Source of the DNA: Phycisphaerae bacterium
GTDB lineage: Bacteria > Planctomycetota > Phycisphaerae > UBA1845 > Fen-1342
Assembly: GCA_050115495.1 (NCBI GenBank)
Contig: JASFQK010000015.1
Coordinates: 32,001-96,000, forward strand
DNA length: 64,000 nt
Direction of reading: 5' to 3'
Positions 58,029 to 64,000 of this stretch are shown in pieces; position 1 is the stretch's first letter; every line of letters begins with the position of its first letter. A model generated the notes under the pieces. It did not search any database and was not told the origin of the DNA. It saw only the letters and a list, made by a program, of their open reading frames with translations. The position numbers were made by a program, and so were the translations under genes.

Positions 58029-58883
58029 CTAGTCCCCTCCCCGGGCCGGCTCGGTCAGCCCACGTTCGAGTCCCAGCAGCACGCGCAAGCCCATGGCCAC
58101 GACGGCGACGGCGATACCGATCTCCAGCCCCCGCTGCATGCCCGAATTCAGCACGCGGTTGTCGATGTCGGCCCAGTACGGCAGATCGACCACGTCGTGC
58201 CCACCAAAGACCGTGTTCACGGCGGCACTGAGCCAGCCGCCGAGCGGGTCACTGCCGAGGATCACGACGGCCGCCGAGAGCATCATGACGGTCGCTTCGA
58301 GCGAGCGGATGCGGAAGGCGCGGTAGGCGGCGTAGGTGATGTAGAAGCCGAGCAGCGACATGACCGTCGCGGCCAGCGGGCTGATGAAGTTGTTCAGGTA
58401 GAAGGTGCGTGGCTCAAAGCGATACGTGGCGTCGTATTCGTAGCAGCGGTTGACCAGGCGCAGCTCTTCGGGGCTGAGCGTGCCGAGCAGCCGGTCGCGC
58501 TCGACGGGATCGTCCGTCTCGAAGGCAGCGCGGTAGGTGGCCAACGGACCGGTGGCCTCGGCCTTGAGGGCGCGGCCCTGAGCGTTGAGGTGGTACTCCC
58601 AAAGCAGAAACGTCGTCACGGTGAAGAACGTCACGAAGACGACGATGGAGAAGGGCCACTCCTTTCGGCGGGCCAGGATATTGGCGCCGTGGACCCAGAA
58701 AAGGTTCACGATGCCCAGGCCGACGGCCATGGTGGCGACGACGTTGATGCTCAGCGACAGGCCGGTGCGGACGTCGGTGAGGTGCAGGGCGCGGCCGAGG
58801 CCGGTCTCATCACCGACGAAAAAGGCGAAGATGTAGAAGACGGCCCCCACGATGATCGCCGCCCAGATCAGTCGTTGCCGCAT
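58029..58883 (-). CDS. Uncharacterised multi-TM membrane protein
   Basis: About six TMs; SLLGFYITYAAYRAFRIRSLEA and LRVLLGLER motifs; 2-nt gap to the next gene. Confidence 0.82.
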   Translation of the reverse strand: MRQRLIWAAIIVGAVFYIFAFFVGDETGLGRALHLTDVRTGLSLSINVVATMAVGLGIVNLFWVHGANILARRKEWPFSIVVFVTFFTVTTFLLWEYHLNAQGRALKAEATGPLATYRAAFETDDPVERDRLLGTLSPEELRLVNRCYEYDATYRFEPRTFYLNNFISPLAATVMSLLGFYITYAAYRAFRIRSLEATVMMLSAAVVILGSDPLGGWLSAAVNTVFGGHDVVDLPYWADIDNRVLNSGMQRGLEIGIAVAVVAMGLRVLLGLERGLTEPARGGD

Positions 58884-58892
58884 GCTGTCCCG

Positions 58893-59801
58893 CTACTGAA
58901 ACGCTTCCCGAAGACGCTGGAGGAACGCCGCCGCCGCCGGCCAGGCGTACAGACCGCAGCCCACGACGATGAGGGCGAGCACACACAGTTTGAAGACGTC
59001 CTGGGCCCCGAGGCTGCCCAGCAGCGGCGGGTCCTGGCTGAGCTTCGCCGAGGCCGCCCAGAATTCCTCGCCGATGAGCGTGTAGTCGCACGAGGCCACG
59101 AAGAACGGCACCTGCGACAGCGTGTCGGTGCCGGCGATCTGCATGGCTTCGAGCGTCTGGCCGGTCTCGGCGAAGAGGAGCGAGTCGGCCTCCCAATAGC
59201 CGAAGTAGAAGCACGCCGCCGGCCGCTCTTCGAGCATCCAGCCCATCGAGCCGATGGCGAAGAAGAACTGGCCGCCGGGATAGAAACGCACGTCCTCGGC
59301 GTGGAAGGAACCGATGGCGCCGGCGTCGATGTAGCCGTCGCGCATGGCGTTGATGTGGACGGGCATCGTCTCGGGATAGCAGCACGGGACGATGAGCCGG
59401 TTGTCGAGCTCGCCGCTGCGGCGGGCCACGTCGCGCAGGAGGGGCATCGCCGCGAAGAGTTGAACACGTTTCAGGTCGCAGGCCCCCCCTACCGTGAACA
59501 GCGTCGGGCGGCCCATCTCGGTTGCGCGGCTGACGGCTTCTTCGATCGCCGCCAGACCGGCGATCTGCCGGCCGGGCAGGACGTGCCCGCGCCAGGCGGC
59601 CCAGATACCGGCCAGCACGCCCGCGGAGACCAGCACCAGCAGCCCGCGCGGCGTCCAGAAGCGCACCGCGGCCCACAAAGCGGCATCGTCGGACGCATCC
59701 TGCCCGAAAGCCGCCGCCGTCGTGAGCAGGACGAGCAGCAACGCGGCACTCCAGCGTGCGTAGTGACGTGTGGTAAAGGCCGAGGGTGCGTCGTGCATCA
59801 C
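58893..59801 (-). CDS. DUF6754-like membrane-anchored protein
   Basis: IAGLAAIEEAVSRATEMGRP, ADSLLFAETG, QIAGT, QVPFFVASCDYTLIGEE, LGSLGAQD. Family name is from recall. Confidence 0.8.
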   Translation of the reverse strand: MMHDAPSAFTTRHYARWSAALLLVLLTTAAAFGQDASDDAALWAAVRFWTPRGLLVLVSAGVLAGIWAAWRGHVLPGRQIAGLAAIEEAVSRATEMGRPTLFTVGGACDLKRVQLFAAMPLLRDVARRSGELDNRLIVPCCYPETMPVHINAMRDGYIDAGAIGSFHAEDVRFYPGGQFFFAIGSMGWMLEERPAACFYFGYWEADSLLFAETGQTLEAMQIAGTDTLSQVPFFVASCDYTLIGEEFWAASAKLSQDPPLLGSLGAQDVFKLCVLALIVVGCGLYAWPAAAAFLQRLREAFQ

Positions 59802-59953
59802 CTGCGCTCCACCCGGTCGGGCCCCTCGCCAATCAGCTCCGGCCGAGCATCGTCCCCGAAATGACGGCCGCTGTCGACACCCGGGAGCGTCCGGTTAGAG
59901 ACCACGCCGCGCGGGGCCTTCCCGCATGGCGACTACGCTGCGGTAGGGCTGGC

Positions 59954-60022
59954 TTGACGCGGGGCCTGGCGCACGTTATCGTTGTTTGCATAAAGGGATG
60001 TTTTCTATCCCTTTATGCAAAC
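59954..60022 (+). promoter_or_regulatory. Sigma70 promoter and operator inverted repeat of the AbiE operon
   Basis: TTGACG-N17-TATCGT (59954-59982) followed by perfect IR GTTTGCATAAAGGGAT-N7-ATCCCTTTATGCAAAC (59984-60022). Confidence 0.75.
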
Positions 60023-60039
60023 TAACTGGAGCAATAGGA

Positions 60040-60834
60040 ATGGCCGGACTAACCGTGGAGGACTGGGTCGACGCCCGGCAAGCTCGGGGAAAGTACACGT
60101 TCCTCCGCGCCGAAGCGATTGATGGTACCGGGCTCTCGGCCGAGTCCGTCAAGAAGGCCCTTCAACGACTGGCACGGCGGCAGCGCGTCGCGAAGGTCAA
60201 GAACTACTTCTACGTGATTGTGCCGCTTGAGTACCTCCACGCCGGCAGCCCACCTTCCTCGTGGTTCATCGATGACCTGATGAAGGCGATGGACCGGCCG
60301 TACTACGTCGGGCTGCTCAGCGCGGCCGGCATCCACGGCGCTTCCCACCATCAGCCACAGGAATTCCAGGTAATCACGGATCGGCCGGTGCGCCCCTTGC
60401 AGGTCGGCCGTACTCGAATCAGGTTCTTCGCGAGCAAACGCACTGCGAACACCGCCGTGCAAAATGTGAAGACGCCCACCGGCGCCATGCGCGTGTCCAC
60501 GCCGGAAGCAACGGCTTTCGATCTGGTTCGTTTTGCCAAGGCAGCGGGCCAGATGGACAACGTCGCCACTGTCCTGGCGGAACTGGTCCCGCTGCTTGAT
60601 CCGCAGCGGATGTTGAAGGTGGTGCGCACCGGCGGGGACATTCGTAGTGCGCAGCGTCTCGGCTACCTGCTTGAGAAGGTCCGCGGGCGATCGCCGGCGA
60701 AGGCGTTCCATGATTGGCTCAAGCGTCAATCTCCTCGCACCGTGCCCCTGCGGCCGGGACGGGCAGCAGCCGGAGCCGAGGAGGATCGGCGTTGGCACGT
60801 GCTCGTCAGCGAGCCGGTTGACGTGGAATCGTGA
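60040..60834 (+). CDS. abiEi: Type IV toxin-antitoxin AbiEi-family antitoxin
   Basis: N-terminal wHTH-like region; YYVGLLSAA..HGASH..PQ.FQV, STPEATAFD, QRLGYLLE; coupled to the toxin by a GTGA overlap. Confidence 0.85.
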   Translation: MAGLTVEDWVDARQARGKYTFLRAEAIDGTGLSAESVKKALQRLARRQRVAKVKNYFYVIVPLEYLHAGSPPSSWFIDDLMKAMDRPYYVGLLSAAGIHGASHHQPQEFQVITDRPVRPLQVGRTRIRFFASKRTANTAVQNVKTPTGAMRVSTPEATAFDLVRFAKAAGQMDNVATVLAELVPLLDPQRMLKVVRTGGDIRSAQRLGYLLEKVRGRSPAKAFHDWLKRQSPRTVPLRPGRAAAGAEEDRRWHVLVSEPVDVES

Positions 60835-61703
60835 TTCCGCAGGCACACATCACGGCATGGCGTGCGATCGCCCCGTGGGGCGACGACGCTCAGGTCGAGC
60901 AGGACCTCGTACTCTCGCGGGCGGTTGTCGAGCTGTTCGCCGATGCGGAACTGGCGGAGTTGCTCGCGCTTCGGGGTGGAACGGCCCTCAACAAGCTGTT
61001 CATTCGGCCGGCCTGTCGGTACTCGGAGGACATTGACCTGGTGCAGGTGAAGCCGGGAGCCATCGGCGGCGTGCTCAATGCGATCCGCCGGCGGCTCGAT
61101 CCCTGGCTCGGCCGACCCAAGCGGTCGAGTGGCGAGGCCAGCGTGACCTTGGTCTATCGCTTCGAATCGGAGATACAGCCCGTCCGTCCGCTGCGTCTGA
61201 AGACCGAAATCAACACGCGCGAGCACTTCGCTGTGCTGGAGCACAATCGGCTTCCGCTGCGTGTAGAGAATCCCTGGTTCACCGGCCAGGCCGATGTGAC
61301 CACATACGCGCTCGACGAGTTGATGGGAACGAAGCTCCGCGCACTGTACCAGCGGCGCAAAGGTCGGGATCTCTTCGATCTATGGCTGTGCCTGAATCGG
61401 GGGCTGCTCGACGCGGCGCAGGTGGTGGCCTGTTTCACCGCGTACATGAAGCACGAGGGGCGAACGATCTCGCGCGCCGAGTTTGAGCGCAATCTGTTTG
61501 AGAAGGAGAGCAACCCTGGCTTCCTGGGTGATATCGGCCCGTTACTGGCAGCGGGCGTGAATTACGACGTGAGCGTGGCACTGGCGCTGGTGCGTGACGG
61601 TCTCGTCAGTCGCTTGGAAGGCGACCCGTGGCGGGCGACATCGTCCGAGCCTGACACGGACAGGGGCCGCAGACCCCGCAGAGGCAAGGCGAGGAAGAAG
61701 TAA
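60831..61703 (+). CDS. abiEii: Type IV toxin-antitoxin AbiEii-family nucleotidyltransferase toxin
   Basis: VEQDL, RGGTAL, RYSEDID, KLRAL..R.KGRDLFD motifs. Confidence 0.9.
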   Translation: MIPQAHITAWRAIAPWGDDAQVEQDLVLSRAVVELFADAELAELLALRGGTALNKLFIRPACRYSEDIDLVQVKPGAIGGVLNAIRRRLDPWLGRPKRSSGEASVTLVYRFESEIQPVRPLRLKTEINTREHFAVLEHNRLPLRVENPWFTGQADVTTYALDELMGTKLRALYQRRKGRDLFDLWLCLNRGLLDAAQVVACFTAYMKHEGRTISRAEFERNLFEKESNPGFLGDIGPLLAAGVNYDVSVALALVRDGLVSRLEGDPWRATSSEPDTDRGRRPRRGKARKK

Positions 61704-61742
61704 GGAACCACACCGCACGACATACGCCGCTCTGCCAGTGCA

Positions 61743-63200
61743 TCAGACCCGGACGGACGCCGCGGGGGGGCGGGTCGTGCCGAGGCGCTGGAGTGTGGGG
61801 GTAACGATGCGGTCGAGGTATTCGCGAGTCTGCAACGGGGCGAGGCCGACGTAGCGTTTGGCGTCGAGCACCTTCGCCCAGGGCAGTTTGGCGAACGCCG
61901 GGTCGGCTTGCAGGCGGTCGATGAGGTCGTTCGGGCGGGCGTGGCGTTTGACCTGCTGGCCGGCGGCCTGGCTGTGCTGGCGGAGGCGTTCGTGCAACTC
62001 CTGCCGGTCGCCGCCGCGGGCGACGCCGGCGAGGAGGATCTCCTCGCTGGCGATGAAGGGCAGCTCGGCGGCGACGTGGGCGGCGATCGTCTCGGGATAG
62101 ACGACGAGTCCATCGCAGATGTTCCGCAACAGGACGGCGATAGCATCGGCGGCAAGGAACGCTTCGGGTACGACGAGCCGCTTGGTGCTCGAATCATCGA
62201 GCGTGCGTTCGAGCATCTGCTCGGCGAACGTGTTGTACGCCGGAGCGACGAGACCGATGAGGAAGCGGGCCAGGCCGGTGGTCCGCTCGCAACGCATGGG
62301 GTTGCGCTTGTAAGGCATGGCCGAACTGCCGACCTGCGACTTCTCGAAGGGCTCCTCGATCTCCTTGAGCATGGCCAGGACGCGCAGGTCGTTGCACATC
62401 TTGTGGGCGCTGCCGGCGAGCGAGCCGAGCGTGGCCAGCACCTCGACGTCCACTTTGCGCGAGTAGACCTGGCCCGTCACCGGGTAACACGCGGCGAAGC
62501 CCAGACGCGTGGCGAAGAGCTTCTCCAGGCGGGCCACCTTGCGCGGCGTGCCGACGAGGCCGAGGAACGACGCCTGTGTACCCGTCGCGCCGCGCAGACC
62601 GCGACAGCGCAAACCGCGGCGTAGGCCGGCGACGACCTCGAGGTCGCGCAGCAGGTCGCTCAGCCAGAGCGTGGCCCGCTTGCCGACGGTGGTCAGTTGT
62701 GCCGGCTGCAAGTGCGTGAAGCCGAGCGTGGGCAGGTCGGCGTGCTTGGCACAGAAACCGGCCAGCACCCGGCACACCTCGGCCAGCCGCGCTTCGAGCA
62801 GCGTCAGGGCCTCGCGCATGAGGATGAGGTCGGCGTTGTCGACGACGTCCATGCTGGTCATGCCCAGGTGGATGATGCCGCGGGCCGCGGGGGCCGCGTC
62901 GCCGAAGGCGCGGATGTGGGCCATGACGTCGTGACGCAGCTCGCGCTCGTATTTCGCGACGGCCTTGAAGTCGATGTCGTCAAGAGCGCGGCTCATGGCC
63001 CGGATGGCGGCGGCGCTGATGGGGGCGCCGAGTTCGCGCTGGGCGAGAGCGGCGGCCAGCCAGACGCGCCGCCAGGTGCCGTAGCGGCTTTCGGCACTGA
63101 AGATGTGCAGCATGTCCTCGGACGCGTAGCGCGCCGCCAGGGGATGCTCGAACGAATCGGCCGACGGACGAGGCTGCGGGCGACGCGAGCGAGGGGCCAT
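61743..63200 (-). CDS. purB: Adenylosuccinate lyase
   Basis: PLAARYAS, RHDVMAH, GFTHLQPAQ, GATGTQASF, GSSAMPYKRNP, ERTLDDS. Confidence 0.95.
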   Translation of the reverse strand: MAPRSRRPQPRPSADSFEHPLAARYASEDMLHIFSAESRYGTWRRVWLAAALAQRELGAPISAAAIRAMSRALDDIDFKAVAKYERELRHDVMAHIRAFGDAAPAARGIIHLGMTSMDVVDNADLILMREALTLLEARLAEVCRVLAGFCAKHADLPTLGFTHLQPAQLTTVGKRATLWLSDLLRDLEVVAGLRRGLRCRGLRGATGTQASFLGLVGTPRKVARLEKLFATRLGFAACYPVTGQVYSRKVDVEVLATLGSLAGSAHKMCNDLRVLAMLKEIEEPFEKSQVGSSAMPYKRNPMRCERTTGLARFLIGLVAPAYNTFAEQMLERTLDDSSTKRLVVPEAFLAADAIAVLLRNICDGLVVYPETIAAHVAAELPFIASEEILLAGVARGGDRQELHERLRQHSQAAGQQVKRHARPNDLIDRLQADPAFAKLPWAKVLDAKRYVGLAPLQTREYLDRIVTPTLQRLGTTRPPAASVRV

Positions 63201-63204
63201 GTAC

Positions 63205-63999
63205 TTAGTCCTCCAGCGCCTGGCGGACGTCGGCCACCAGGTCTTCGGTATCCTCCAGCCCGACGTGTAGGCGGATGAGCCAGGTCGGGTCGGGCATGTC
63301 CTTCGAGAAAAGCGTACCGCCGACAATGAGGCTCTCGTAACCGCCCCAGCTTACGCCGATGCGGAACAGCTTCGTGCGATCCATGAAGCGGTGGGTAGCC
63401 TCCCGGCTCTGGTCGTGCAGCTCGAAGCTGAACAGGCTGCTGTAGCCGCTGAGCTGACGCTCGGCGACGGCGTGCTGCGGATGCGACGGCAACCCGGGAT
63501 GATGCACGCGGCGGACGCGGGGATGCTCCGCGAGTAATTGGGCGACGGCGAGCCCGCTGCGCTGATGCTGCTGCATGCGCAGGGGCAGCGTGCGCAGCCC
63601 GCGCAGAAGCAGCCACGCCGCGAACGGATCGGGCGTGGCGCCCAGCAGCTCCATCTCGCGGAACACGCCGCGGCGTAGCTTTTCGTCACGACCCACGACG
63701 ATGCCGGCGACCACGTCGCTGTGACCACCGATGAACTTGGTGGCGCTGTGCACGACCAGATCGCAACCGAGATCCAGCGGCCGCTGGAAACACGGTGTGG
63801 CCCACGAGTTGTCGAACATGGTCACCAGGCCGCGCTCGCGGGCGGCGGCGGCGATGGGGGCCACGTCGGGCATCTCGAAGCGCCCGCTCGTCGGGCTCTC
63901 CAGGTACACGACGCGTGTCTCGGGGCGGATGGCCGCGATGAACGCCGCCGGGTCGCAGCCCTCGACGAAGGTCGTCTCGACGCCGAAGCGCGGCAGGTA
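63205..63999 (-). CDS. PLP-dependent trans-sulfuration enzyme (cystathionine gamma-synthase/lyase family); 5' end outside window
   Basis: YLESP, DNSWATP, HSATKFIGGHSD (PLP Lys), RGLRTL, SWGGYESL, IRLHVGLED. Confidence 0.9.
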   Translation of the reverse strand, partial: YLPRFGVETTFVEGCDPAAFIAAIRPETRVVYLESPTSGRFEMPDVAPIAAAARERGLVTMFDNSWATPCFQRPLDLGCDLVVHSATKFIGGHSDVVAGIVVGRDEKLRRGVFREMELLGATPDPFAAWLLLRGLRTLPLRMQQHQRSGLAVAQLLAEHPRVRRVHHPGLPSHPQHAVAERQLSGYSSLFSFELHDQSREATHRFMDRTKLFRIGVSWGGYESLIVGGTLFSKDMPDPTWLIRLHVGLEDTEDLVADVRQALED

Positions 64000-64000
64000 C

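Noticed and set aside
59986..60039. Upstream start of the AbiEi ORF
   Set aside because: Falls inside the operator inverted repeat at the presumed transcription start; ATG 60040 has a GGAG/AGGA RBS.
59802..61742. Transposon or integrative element carrying AbiE
   Set aside because: No terminal repeats, target duplication, tRNA or recombinase gene seen at the flanks.

Overview
High-GC bacterial chromosomal segment, most likely from a planctomycete of class Phycisphaerae. This is inferred from paired H-X9-DG prepilin-like genes, a CxxCGYDLxGN zinc-ribbon membrane protein, a PEP-CTERM protein and a planctomycete-type L34. Most of the window is housekeeping or metabolic: PBP2 end plus rodA, a serA-like gene, a 2-oxoacid dehydrogenase E1a/E1b/E2/E3 operon, acpS, tig-clpP-clpP, xseA, rplM-rpsI, tyrA/aroC, tatA, a DPP-IV peptidase, rpmH, transketolase, apbE, an rseC-rnfCDGEAB operon, a MacAB/LolCDE-like ABC system, purB and a partial trans-sulfuration enzyme. 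The best candidates for novelty are: (1) an uncharacterised three-gene membrane operon at 56122-59801 (DUF6754-like, with an apparent gene fusion), with a probable detached soluble partner at 23887-25008; and (2) a more AT-rich cassette array at about 7.5-10.1 kb, where small orphan genes are separated by two homologous 122-bp remnants of an Rhs core, resembling a toxin-deleted orphan immunity array. Also present: an AbiE type IV toxin-antitoxin pair with a perfect 16-bp operator inverted repeat, a ClpP with Asn at the catalytic Asp position, a B12-binding-type domain lacking the axial His, and two families of palindromic intergenic repeats. No rRNA, tRNA, CRISPR array or transposase was recognised. 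Family names come from motif recognition and recall, not from database searches.
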